Made by a program: the position numbers and the translations under genes. DNA of 63,364 nt, counting the filler, from Reclinomonas americana ATCC 50394 (taxonomy: Eukaryota), in NCBI GenBank assembly GCA_048213135.1. It is 16 parts of 16 records of this genome, joined end to end, with 100 filler letters (N's around TTAATTAATTAA, not from the genome) between each part and the next. Parts side by side here need not be neighbours in the genome. Positions count along the whole stretch, not along the records: positions 37,723 to 41,975 come from AFZH01017699.1; positions 42,076 to 44,292 come from AFZH01017700.1; positions 44,393 to 50,998 come from AFZH01017701.1; positions 51,099 to 54,630 come from AFZH01017702.1; 12 more parts are not named here. One strand, 5' to 3'. The notes below the pieces were generated by a model. That model was not told the DNA's origin and searched no databases. It was given only the letters and a program-made list of their open reading frames with translations. Below, piece by piece: positions 38,897-51,361 of this stretch. Position 1 is the stretch's first letter, and each line of letters opens with the position of its first letter.

Positions 38897-41800
38897 TTAC
38901 CATTCATCACTATCGTCGCCGCTCATTGCACCAGCGTCTTCCGAGTCCAACTCGCGGTCCAACGCCAGGCGGAACGGCAGTTTGTCTGTGCACAAGGTCA
39001 TGTCAGTCACTGCCGGTTGTCTTCACGACCACCACCACCACCACAGAAGCTCACCAAGTTTGCCACACGCCCGCTGCAGCGCGTCAATTGCACCTGCTTG
39101 CCAGAACGGTGACGACTCTTCGTAGTATCTTTCCAAAATGTCGCTGTCCGACAACACCGCGCTCAGGAATTCACACAACACATGAGTGCTGCAAACGCAG
39201 AGGGTGGTGGTGCGTGAGTGATAATCAGGCGTGTCGTCGGGGGTGTGTGGAAGCGGCGACTGCGAAACTTGAGTGCGTGACAAACGAGTGTGCGGAACTT
39301 GACGTCCTTGTCGCCGGAGCGCAGACTTCTCTCGACCAGATCGTCAATGCTGGAGACCGCCGTGGCAAGAGTGACACCAAGGCCTCTTGCGTTCTTGGAT
39401 GCCCGCACAAACATGTCCCACAGATGATTCGAACCAAACAGACGCTTCGCCTTGAACCCTATTGACAGCACCGTGGCCACCGCAGTGCACAAGTCACCGC
39501 GCACCAAGACAGTGATGGCCGGCGTAATGGAATCATCGCCAAGCAATTTCTGGCGGCACACATGTCGATTAGCACTCCACACATCATCATCAACGACAAC
39601 AACAGGACGGCGCACGTCGACTGCCACGCACCAAATCGCGAGCTTGACCAGTTTGCACAAAGTGTCTGGCAATCGCCTTGACCACAGCCACCAACGGAGC
39701 CTCGAATCCAACCGCAGCAGCAACTGCAAGACACAAAACAACCCGTCAATACGGCGTATTGACACACGTAGTATAAAGCGCAAAGACCAACGCACCGGGC
39801 TTGGGCTGAGTAGGGGCGTCTCGCGTTCCGAGCTTGAACGAGAAAGAAAACTATGCAAAAAGACACGCAACGTGTCAGTGAACAAGAGAGGCTATCTTCT
39901 CGGTGTCACGCACACACAAAAACACACCTGCAACAGCAGTGCCAGTACGCCAAACAAATCATCGAGTCCGGCCGGATTCGCCATCAGTGCTGTTGGATGG
40001 TACGTGGTCTCGACGAATCCCGGTGTCGTCAACGCGATTTGCAACATGGTCGACAAGAAGCGCTGGTTCAGGCAGTACTGAATAAACAGCAGCAGCCCGA
40101 GGCGGTTCAACTGCGCCTCGGTAAGCTTGCGCACATCTGCAATACACGGATTGAGAGGCATGATTATCAATAGCTGACACGTGTATGTCTGAATGGATCA
40201 GCGCAACTGGACAAGGAGTAAAAGTCGCGGAAGGCAGCGTCGGCGTCGGGTGATCGCACTTGACTGAGGATGCGGAGCGGATCACCGGAAACGTCATACG
40301 CTTCCTGCACAGCACTCCAGTCTTTCAGCAAAACTAAACGAACTGGGAAAAAGGACGAGCAAGGATTCCGCACCCGCACACGATCCGTCAGAATTGCATG
40401 GATCAGCTTCACCGCCTGCAGCGCCAGAGTCGCCGTTGGGGCCACCACATAGTAGCCGTGAGCGTCTCGCACGCCTGTTGCAGTGTGAAGTGAGTCTCGA
40501 TATCATTGCGGAGAGAGCACAGCAGGTGCACAACACACCTACGACGCCGTGCAGCTCGCGCTCCGCACACTCGGCCTTCAGATCACGCAAACTCGAGGCC
40601 AGTTCCTCCACTAGGTCGCCAGCATTGATGTGCGTCACCGACAGTCGCTGTGGTGGTGTGGAGTTCTCCACGCGATTCATGGGCGACGGTCTGCATTCAC
40701 GATAAGTACACCATCGATCGATCGATTGACATGCGCGCGTGTGCGTGTGCGCTGACGCAACGGTACTTCCAGCGAGTCATGTGAGGCAGGACTGCTAATC
40801 GGAGGTGTGTCCGCGTCGCGATCAGGCGGCACTGTCACATCAATAGGCGGTGCACCCGCCTCCACCGCCGACGGAGGGGGCGCCTGTGACGCAACGCAGT
40901 CAGACCAGGTAAAGGACAACACAGCGACACGTTCGTGAACATCGTACCGGATTCACAATGGCAGAAAGAGAACGCGCTCGTCGCGTGGCCTGTTTCTCCG
41001 CCTCGAAGTGCGTCGTGGTGCTCTCGGCCGTCGGTGCCGCCTGCACCAACTCCCAGGTCGAGTACCGGAAGCCAACAGTAAGCTGCAAGCATCAACCCCG
41101 CAAGGCAGTCAGCGGCAGCAGAGCACACACATACAAACAAAGAGAGTGGATTGTTCCACCGCTGCACAGCGCACGAACCCCGCCAGCCAGCACCACTCGC
41201 CGCATTTCGTTATCCAGCCGGGTCAATTCCTCCTGGCAGCGAGCCGCAGTGTCAGCATTGCCCTCCGCCGAGGCCTCTGCCATCTTCCTCTCCAGTGTGG
41301 CGATTCGGTCTCGCAGCCGTTGCGAACGGGGTCCAGCCCCAATAGAATTCTCCGCGCACAGCGAAAAGGTCTTGTCCTTGCCGTATCTCAGCAAGATGCC
41401 CGACAAGGAAATTCGATCACCGGGGCGCAGTGGCGAATCACTGTCACACAAGGGACATGGTGAGAGCGGAGAACTTGGCGACAAAAGAGACGCTCATAGC
41501 CGCCTCACCCGTCCTCGGTCTTCAGCAGGTCCTCCAAATCTTGCGGCGTAAACACAGAGTGCAACTCGCCACTCTCGCCCTCGTCGTCATCGTCCGTCGG
41601 GCCAGAGCCCACCACCGCATCCTCCCCGGCAGAGCTGGTGACGGTGCTTGCTGCAGCAGCAGCAGGTGGCGGGGCAGAGGCCGCAGCAGTGCCGCGTGGC
41701 GCAGCGGGGGTGACAGTCGTGGTCTCTCCAGTGACGACCACAGGTGATGCGGCGGTGGATGGCGGAGGCGGAGGAGCAGTTACATCTGCATCCATTGCGA

Positions 41801-44754
41801 TGCGCATGAGAAAAAAATACGGGAAGGGAGCCGCAAAGTACAGCTCTCGACACACACCTTCTGCCTTGTCGGAGGCAACCCGCTGACGCAGACCCATCTT
41901 GTGAAGGCCCTTCTTGGCGGACGCCTCACTACCCTTCCCTTGTTCGCCACCAGAGGCAACGGCGGCAGTCGCCGGNNNNNNNNNNNNNNNNNNNNNNNNN
42001 NNNNNNNNNNNNNNNNNNNTTAATTAATTAANNNNNNNNNNNNNNNNNNNNNNNNNNNNNNNNNNNNNNNNNNNNCACACACACACATAGAGAGAGAGAG
42101 AGAAGGAGATGTTATCAACGTGCTTCTGTGGCAGGTTGCTGCTGATCACAAGAGTCAATTGTATCACCTGAATGAAGAGACCATCGGAGAGACGCTTGGC
42201 CGGGTGAACTTGGCTGAGCAACTCGATAATCTCCGCTCGTTCACGCGACACAAACATAATATCATACTCGGACGGCACCATGAGGGCAAATGTCTCCTCA
42301 TCAGCAGTGCTCACCACCACTGACGAGATGTCCTGCACGCATGAATGAAGTTGCGTTGAGAATCCCGGGTTACGGAAGCACGCGGGTAAGTCTCCACCAA
42401 CCTTGATTTCGATGCGACGCAGACACGCAAAGTCCAAGTCAAATGTGTACACTGTCGCGTCAGTGATGCACAAGTACCGCTGTTGCTTGGTGTCGCGATG
42501 ATTGACCTTGGCGAGCAGCACTGAGAACAGTACTTTGGTCTCGCCTTTGTGGGAGAGATGAGATGATGAGCAATGAGCAAATAATAGTGCTGCGCGACAG
42601 CAACTACTCACCACCTGCGGCCAGACTGGCCATGCTTGTGGGGTGATGTGCCAATTGAGCCAGATCGCGATCCGCACCGACCAGCTGCATGCGACTCAGC
42701 TCTGCAGCACACAAACAACAGTCGTGATCAGATGCGCCTCCCATGCAAGCACTGCCGGTCATTCGCGCGACCCTCACCATTGATGTCGTCGGGGAGCGCG
42801 GGAGTGATCTTGTCGCGGTGAAGTACGGTGCGCACATTGGACACACGCTGTGGCAGACAACGGCGCACGACAGTGAGACTCAGATACAGAAGGGAGAGGG
42901 AGAGGGAGGGAGAGAAGAGCATTCCGCCACGCAACTGTGCACGGCAGACGTCGTTCACTGCGCGACTGCGCCAGCTGCACAAACAGCTCCACCAAATCCA
43001 CTCGATTCGGTGACAGCAACAGAAAATCGTGATCGCCGTACACACGGAACGCAAGGCACGTCGATTCTTCCTCCGACAGGAAAATGCCGGCGAGCTGACA
43101 ATAGGACGTCAGGGAGAAACAAGAATGTACACAAGGCCGTGCACACACACACATTACCTTGTCAATGGGAAGGACATGGAGTACAGAACTCGAGGCACTG
43201 GGTGGCGTCAACAACACTAAGGCACGCTCCAGTACACAGAGAAGGCGTGCTTGCCGCTTGCCGCGCTTATTCTCCTTCTCCACAATATCCGACATGACCA
43301 ACACGCCGTTTTCTACTCCACAGAAATTGCGTCAGCGCAACGACACAGCGGCCCCGACTGTGCGCACAATTACTGCCTACTCACCATCGGTCTTCAACAA
43401 ATTCATAATGCTCTCGCGTGAGGCGATGTCGGCAAAGTCCTTGACCAGCGGAGACACACCCCGCATGGTCGACATGCCAGCAATACCCAGACTCATCACA
43501 GGCTGTCGCGGAGTGGCTGCTAACGAGCGAATGAGTACGGGCAGGCTCTCGGCAGCACAAATCGACAACACACCTGGCGGCTTTGCTGTTGCCGTACTCT
43601 CGCCCTCTCCGCTACCGGCTGAGCCCGACGCTCCGTTCGCAGAAGCAGTGCCACCCGCAGCAGCAGCAGCAGCGGTGGGTGTGTCGGGCGAAGACGCAGC
43701 GCCAGCTGCAGTGCCACTGCCGGAACCGGACGCAGCAGATGCAGCAGAGCCTGTGGACTCGGTGGAAGCTGACGGCCGCCGGATGCTTCCAATTCCCGGA
43801 ATTGGCACAGGCGATGACGAAGAATCATCGCCAGCCACAGCAACTGGGGCCGGACGACTGGAGAGACGCGATGGTATCTTGCCGCCGGACTTGGGCGAAC
43901 TGCTGTACTCGGTGGCGCTTGCCGACATTGACGGGACGCTGGCGAGACTGGCGGCAGCGAGGGCCGCCACAGAGGAACCACCGCTACCAGCAGTGCTGCC
44001 ACTGCGTCCTCCCGTGCTGGAGCCTCGCAACAACGCGGACCCGCTGTTCGACACTGGACCGAGGCCCGTGCGTGTACCCGACAGTGCCTGCGCTGCAGCG
44101 GTGGTACTTGCTGAGGGCCTCTTGGCGCCAGTCGGTGTGCCGGGACCAGAGGCGCCACTGCCAGAGGATGAACCTGAATTGCTTGTTGTTCGACTGGCGC
44201 GAATGCCCGACACAACCAATCCGCTCGTTGGCTGCTGTACTTCCTCGGCCGCGGCCGTGGTCTCCGTAGCTGGAGTTGCAGCAGCAGCAGCANNNNNNNN
44301 NNNNNNNNNNNNNNNNNNNNNNNNNNNNNNNNNNNNTTAATTAATTAANNNNNNNNNNNNNNNNNNNNNNNNNNNNNNNNNNNNNNNNNNNNTGGTGAGG
44401 CCACAGCCACCGCCGGCTTGCTCGGCACAGACGCCGTCGACGCCGTCGACGACGCCGACAACACCGAAGCCTCACTGCGTCCACTCATCGACTTGTGATC
44501 TACACACCGTGTCAGCATCACCACCGTCACCACCATGACGACGACACACCATACCAACGCACCATCATCATCATCATCCTCGTCCTCATTACCACCCGCC
44601 GACGCCGTCTCCAGCGCCTCATCGGGGAAATCCTCCGCCGGCCGATCAATCCAGTCCATGATCGCCTCCACCCACAGCACACGCGAGTCAGAGTCCTCCG
44701 CAAGAAACGTGTACGTGCGCTCCGAGGTCACAACCTGGCAGACGATGATGAGTT

Positions 44755-44794
<40 letters not shown>

Positions 44795-45205
44795 CAAGAG
44801 GGCGCACTTTGATGCCGAATTCGCGGTACTTTTTCGGTCCACTCGGCACCTCGTCTTCGTAGTCGACGAGCGAGACGGAGCGACGCGGTATGAAGGAGAT
44901 GGCGGCGGCACCCTGCTTCTTGCCATACTTTAGGCGCGCTCCATCGAACCAGAACCATCGTCGCTTCCATGTCTTGATGGCACCGCCTTGCTTGTGCAAC
45001 CACCCAGCAGTGTCCTATGCGGAGACGAGAGAGTGAGAGAGAGAGTGTGTGCAGTTTGTTGTGAGCATGACGACATGGCGCGCGGAAGAACACTCCTCCA
45101 TGCATGCAGAGACGAGCGATGGAGATGGTGGTTGCACGAGGCGCGTGTGTAGGCGAGGGAGCCGTGTGTGCGTGAGAAAGCGCTCACCTCGAGACCGCCG
45201 CTCAT
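38897..45205 (-). CDS. Multidomain protein: PH + Ser/Ala-rich linker + two myosin-I TH1-like domains + coiled coil + two RUN domains (assumes continuity over two gaps)
   Basis: PH: AGWLHKQGGAIKTWKRRWF…ERTYTFLAEDSDSRVLWVEAI. TH1-like: VMSDIVEKENKRGKRQARLLCV and VLFSVLLAKVNHRDTKQQRYLCITD…VPSEYDIMF. RUN: FIQYCLNQRFL…YHPTALM and LCTAVATVLSIGFK…HLWD…KFRTLVCHALN…ERYYE…LPFRL. Confidence 0.7.
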
Positions 45206-45640
45206 GGTGCTGATGATCAAGTGTGTCCTGTGCGCAAACTTCACGCAAGCACGGAGAAAGACGTATATAGTCAAGCCGCAGACAGCGTGTGTACTCTCGA
45301 GTGGTTCTGCATGCTGCGCCCTTGTCGGTTCACGTCGTCGATCGACGTCGGGGAAGACTATCAGTCATCGACGTCGACGTCGCGCACTCACAACTGCAGG
45401 CAACAACGAGCGATGCACAAGTGGCAAAGCAAAGCACGCACACGATCATACTAGTGAGTGCAAGATGCACACTGCTGGCATATCAGCTCGTCGAATGCGA
45501 TCGATATCGCAAACGTCGACCAACTGCACTTGCGATCGTCTCAAACACAGCCCGCAGCCAGCACTCTTCCCCTTCGTCGACCCACTCGTCGACATCACAG
45601 CAGACAGCGTGCAGGACCGCGCTGTCCAATTTCTCATCTC

Positions 45641-45970
45641 ATGTCGCCACATCGCGCGCTCCTCACCATCGCTCTTGTCTTTCTTGCCTGTGCGCTTCTG
45701 CTGACATGCAACGCCGACGCACGTGAGATCAAGCGGAAAGCCAAGAAAGACTCTGCTCCTCCTCCGCCTCCTCCTCCGCCTCCTCAACCAACACCACGCG
45801 AGCTCTTCCTCGCCGCCTGCCTCTCCGACGAGCACAATGTGTCTCTGCGCGCGGTCGATCTGCACGAGGCGCGCACAATGACGGATGTGACTGGCGTGCT
45901 CATGAGTGTCGATCAGGAGGAGGCAAAGGTGTTGTCGGTGGTCGGCAAGAGCAACACGCATGAAGCAGGT

Positions 45971-46004
<34 letters not shown>

Positions 46005-46897
46005 CGCAGACTGACACACACACACGCACTGTGGACACTCCCTTTCTCACTCCCTTCACCCACCCAGTCATCGCCTTTATGCGGGATCGTGCCATCGACG
46101 AGTGTGCGACAGTGCGCAATGTGCATGCAGCGCTGGTGTCGGCTGTGCGCGACTCGGTGGCTCGCGCGCGGTATGCAGAGCGCGAGAGACTGGTGGCCGC
46201 ACTGCCGGAGGGCACCTTCCCGCCGAGCCCGCCCGACAGCGAGTTGTTCCTCGGCGACGATTGGATGACGACGTCCATGTTCCCGCAAATGTTCTACAGC
46301 TTTGTGCCGTTCAACACCACGCTGCGCATGCTGGAGGTCGGCAGCTACGAGGGCCGCTCGGCGCTCTTTATGATGCGCAACTCGTTGCCGGAGGCCACAA
46401 TCGACTGCATTGACTATCACGGACCGGTGGAGCGCTTCCAGCGGGCGTTGAAGCCGTACATGGAGCAGGGTCGTGTGCGGTACATACACGAGGAGAGTCT
46501 GCCGGCCATGATGCGGCTGCTGACGGCCGACAAGCCGCGCACCGAGTTGTACGATTTCGTGTACGTGGATGCGTGCCACACGGCGACCCGCACGCTGGAG
46601 GACGCCGTGCACGCCTTCCATTTGCTGCGTGTGGGAGGCGTACTGGCACTGGACGATTACTTGTGGATGTACGGTCGGCGGCCAGCGCATCACACCCCCA
46701 AGCCGGCCATTGACGGCTTCTTGGCCACGTACGCTGGCGAGTTGGAGGTGCTGCATGTCGGCATGCAGGTGTGGGTGCGCAAGCTGGAGCCGGAGAACGA
46801 TTTCAAGTTGTGCTGGACAGATGAGGTGGCGTTTGCGCATGTGAAGCAGGAGAAGGAGGAGGACGGGGAGGAGGTGGCAGTGGTAGAAGACAAGTGA
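45641..46897 (+). CDS. Signal-peptide/anchor-bearing class I SAM-dependent methyltransferase (Methyltransf_24-like)
   Basis: Hydrophobic N-terminus (ALLTIALVFLACALLLTC). Motifs MLEVGSYEGRSA, YDFVYVDACH, LLRVGGVLALDDYLW and PKPAIDGFL. One intron at ~45969-46067. Confidence 0.85.
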
Positions 46898-46976
46898 ACG
46901 CGCAGGCGATAATTCAGAATTCATTGATAACAAAAACAAAAACCTTGGGGATAAAACTCGCGCTCCACTTGCAGAA

Positions 46977-49900
46977 TTACCAGGCGATGTAGGCCAGTCG
47001 ACCCTGCGGCCAGCGCCGCACCCACCATTTGCGAACTTCGTCAGCCGCGAAAATGGCGCACGCAAAGGCCACTGGAAAGAACCAGTATTCGGCCTTGATG
47101 GCGCGCGTGTTGAAGAGACTGCATTCGGACGACTCGGTGGTGAGCGAAGCAGGCACAGGTGCTGCAAGAGAAGCAGGTGATCTCTCACGAAACTCGTGGA
47201 AGACAGGCACATACACCACAATGACGGCAAATGCAAACGCCATTCCCTGGTACGTGATAATGGTCAAGTTGCGCGCCGGGCCCCACAGTGGGTTGTGCGA
47301 GAAGAACGAGACGCGGCGAGTGCGGGTGGCAAGCAGATTGCCCATCTGAATAACGACCAAGCACACAAAGTAGCACGTCTGAGCTCGGAACAAGTGCTCA
47401 TTGAGGTCGGTCTTGCTCAAGCCGTGATAGCCGTCGGCGTACTTGTCGTAAGCGAGGAACAAGTCGCTCGGGTACAGATTGGCCTCGTGTGCCATGTAGA
47501 AGAAGTACTGTGTGCAGGAATGGAGATAATAATGCGGGTTGAGAGCGAAGATGATGGAGAGAGCGTGGGCATCCGTTATGAACCATAAAGTGGCACGCCG
47601 TCGATTCGAGTACACCAAGGAAGAAGTACGCGTGAACAATTCTGCAGTGGAGGATAAGTGAGGGCTTCTGTCATCCTCCCTTGGTCAACAAGGCTGGAGA
47701 ATGAGTTACGCAACAGCTTCCAGTTGATGAGACGGTCCTTGACGCGCGAGCGAGGCTTGCGCAGCATCACATCGGACTCGGCATTCTCGGCGATCAGTGG
47801 GAAGCAGGTGACGAGATCGGTGACGACGGCGAGGAAGACCATGTAGAATGGCGAGAGTGGGAGCGGTACACCGAGAAGCACGTAGACGAGCACCGGGACG
47901 AACTCGGAGAAGGAGCCGGCTGTGATGCACATACGGAGTAAGCATTCGCTTGAGCGGGGATGAAGGTCAACCCAGCAATCGTCCCCACCTGGCAGCAGAT
48001 ACAGGCACACTTTCTTCAAGTTGTCATGCACCAAACGCCCGAGACGAATACCGTCGATAATTGAGCTAAAGTTGTTGGTCAGCAGAATCATGTCGGCCGC
48101 CTCTCGAGCCACATCGGAACCAGCTCCCATGGCAATGCCCAGATCACTCTGCTTGAGCGCCGGACTGTCGTTCACTCCATCGCCCGTCACGGCCACCTGA
48201 CACACATTTTAGTCACATAAGAGACGTATGCATGGACAACGGACGAAAGACGGCACCATCTTGTCGCGCTTCTGGAACTGCTTGACAATCAGCAGCTTGT
48301 GCTCGGGTGTCGTGCGGGCAAAAACAATCTCCTTGCGCGAGGTGACATACTCCCACGCGGCGTCGTCGAAGCCATCAATGTTGGTGCCCTTGATGACCAC
48401 CGCATCGTCGTCGTTGGCGTACAACGATGCCGCGGGGAGCACCTCGATATCCGTGCGCTCGGCGCGGTTGTTCTGCAGCAACAGCGGCAGCGTGGTGGAG
48501 TCGACCTCGTGCACCACACTCGCCGCCGAGATGATGCCGACTTGGCGGGCAATAGACACGGCCGTGGACGGATGATCGCCAGTCACCATGGCGACACGAA
48601 TACCGGCGCGACGCATGGCCGCCACCGCGTCCGGTACTTCCGCTCGCGGCGGATCGATGATCGCCACAAGCCCCAAGAAGGTCATGTCCTCGAGACGCAG
48701 CCTGCCGTCGGCCGACACGTCATCCTCGCCGAACCGCTCAAAGGACTCGCGAGTCCACTGCAGTGGATTGAGCTCCAGACGACAAATGCCAATGACACGC
48801 ATGCCTTCGGCACCGAGGTCATCCTGGCATTGCGCAATGGCATTGCGCTGGTCATCGCTCATAAACGTCACCTCGCCCGCCTGACCCGTCACCATGCTGG
48901 TGCACCGATGCAGCAGTCCCTCCGGGGCGCCCTTAAGAAGCACCACCAGGCGCTCTTCGTCACGGCCACTCTCGGGCGCCGGAGGATACGCCACCACCGA
49001 ACACATCCACTTGTTGCGCGAGTTGAACGGCACCTCGCCAATCACCTCGTGTGTGGTGCGGAGCTGCTGAACGCTGACAGGCAGACGCTCCTGTCCAAAC
49101 ATCAGCAGCGCGCAGTCCGTCGAGTTGCCCATCAACTTCTGCTCGGACAGCGGCAGATGCGCTGTGGTGGCGTCAACAATGGCCTGGTTGCAGAGGACCG
49201 AGGACGTGACAAGTTCCAAAAAGGAGCGGTCGTTGGAGACAAGCGCTTGCACCCACGACACGGCGTCGTCGGTCGCGACACCGTCGACCTGCTGCACGTA
49301 CGACCGCTGGCCAATCACGAGCTGCGCCACCGACATGCGATTCTGCGTCAGCGTGCCGGTCTTGTCGGAGGCGAGCACCTCGACTGAGCCGAGTGTCTCC
49401 ACCGTCACGAGGTTCTTGACGAGCACGCGCGCCTGCAACATACGGCGTGCGATAGCCACCATGGTAAGCTTGACGCACACCGGCATGCCTGCGTGCAATG
49501 GGGTATCCGTGTGAGAGACACAATCACACTCCCGAACTCTATTAATGTCCTCACTCTTTTCAACCATGCACACACCTGAGGGAAGCACTCCGACCTCCGT
49601 GCCAATGACCGTGGTGATGATACCCGAAACGGTGATGAACTCCGGGAACGACAGATGCAGCCACGCGCCCCAAATCACGAGCAGCACCGCGCCCATGGAG
49701 ATGGCGAGAATGGCAATGAAGCGGACGAACCAGTTGATTTCCTGTTGCAGTGGCGTGGCGGCCGGACTTGCAGAGGCCGTTAGTGTGGCAATCTTGCCGG
49801 CAACGGTCAAGCCGCCAGTGCGGAAGACGATGCCTGCAAGGAGAGTGAGGAATAGTATCATAAAAGGAGAAGAGACACGACTCTCATCTTTCTCCATTTC

Positions 49901-50805
49901 TCACCTCGTCCACGACCCTCGGTGATGGAGGTTCCGCCAAACGCCAAGTTACGCGACTCCATTGGACTGGGATCGGTCATGGTAGTCGTGCCGACCACCG
50001 GCTCGGCCTCGCCCGTCAGCATCGCCTGGTCCATCTTGATGTCGTCAACGTCATAGAGACGCAGGTCGGCGGGGACGCGGTCGCCCGACTGCAACACCAC
50101 AACGTCGCCCGGCACCAAACTCGCCAGCTCGACCATGACAATGTTGCCGTCGCGAATGACGCGCGCGTGACTCGGCATCATCTGCTTGATGGTGTTCATC
50201 ACTTGCGACGAGCTGTGCTCCTGGTAGGCAGTGAAGCCGAACGAGATGAAGATGATGACGAGGAGGAGCACGCCGAGAGCTGATGCACGGAAGGGGTGCA
50301 TCGGATCAGAGACCAGCTAGCAGGAAGACTCATGAAAAGAAGACGACTGCGCTCACCAAGGTTGACGATATCAGGCGGGTCACCGATCGGACGGTAGGCG
50401 ATGAAGCAGAGGATGGAGGCCACCCAGAGAATGGTGCCGAAATCCGCAAACAGCCACTCGATAATCTGGAGGAACAAGTTGTGCTTCTTTGGTCGGATGA
50501 CGTTGGGCCCGTACTGCGACAGTGCCTTTTTGGCTTGCGCGCTGGTCAGCCCGGCCTCAATGTCAGTGTGCAGCCGCTTGCTCAGCACGGATACGTCCAC
50601 CTGCGCACAGCGAGTCAGCGGGAGTCGTCGCACGCACATGGAGGGCCGCGCGCGGTGCACTCAACCTTGTGCTCATCAGCCAACGCGTCGGCAGCCACAT
50701 CGGGCGACACAGCCAGGTCCTGCTCTGCGACACCAGCCTCTCGAGCGGCGATCACATGGCTGAGTTCGTTGGAGCGGCTGCGGAAAGCAATAGGCAGCGT
50801 TGGGT
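46977..50805 (-). CDS. P-type ATPase, P2C (Na+/K+, H+/K+-like; fungal-type LLPAGSFSE M5); 5' exon not seen
   Basis: YGPN, LVPGDVV…GDRVPADLR, LTGEAEP, DKTGTLTQNRM, PFNSRNKW, KGAPE, DPPRAEV, MVTGDH, FARTTPEHK, VTGDGVNDSPALK, NLKK…LLPA|GSFSE and ESDVMLRKPR. C-terminus DEVRKWWVRRWPQGRLAYIAW*. Confidence 0.95.
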
Positions 50806-50852
50806 CTGTGTGCAAGTCATGTGAGCAGCGAGCGAGAGAGAGAGAGAAAAGA

Positions 50853-50900
<48 letters not shown>

Positions 50901-51110
50901 CGGTAGGAACGGTAGGGGTGGTGTCGTACGAGGACGACGACGAACGAAGTAGGGAGGAGGAGGACGAGCGACGGTCCGTACAACAACGAACGTACCGGNN
51001 NNNNNNNNNNNNNNNNNNNNNNNNNNNNNNNNNNNNNNNNNNTTAATTAATTAANNNNNNNNNNNNNNNNNNNNNNNNNNNNNNNNNNNNNNNNNNNNCG
51101 AGACGACGAG

Positions 51111-51161
<51 letters not shown>

Positions 51162-51361
51162 CGCCGGTGGACAAAGGGGGTTGGGTGCTTCAGGAGACGC
51201 ACAAATGGAGGAGAGGCAGCAGCCGTCATCACAACACGTTCGCAGTGACACAAAACACGAAAGAGTTGGCATGACACCAGGACACACCGATTAGAGTTGT
51301 CTACAACTCAGTGGTGCGCACATGATCCACCGAGTGCACAACAGAGACTACCACGGCTCAC

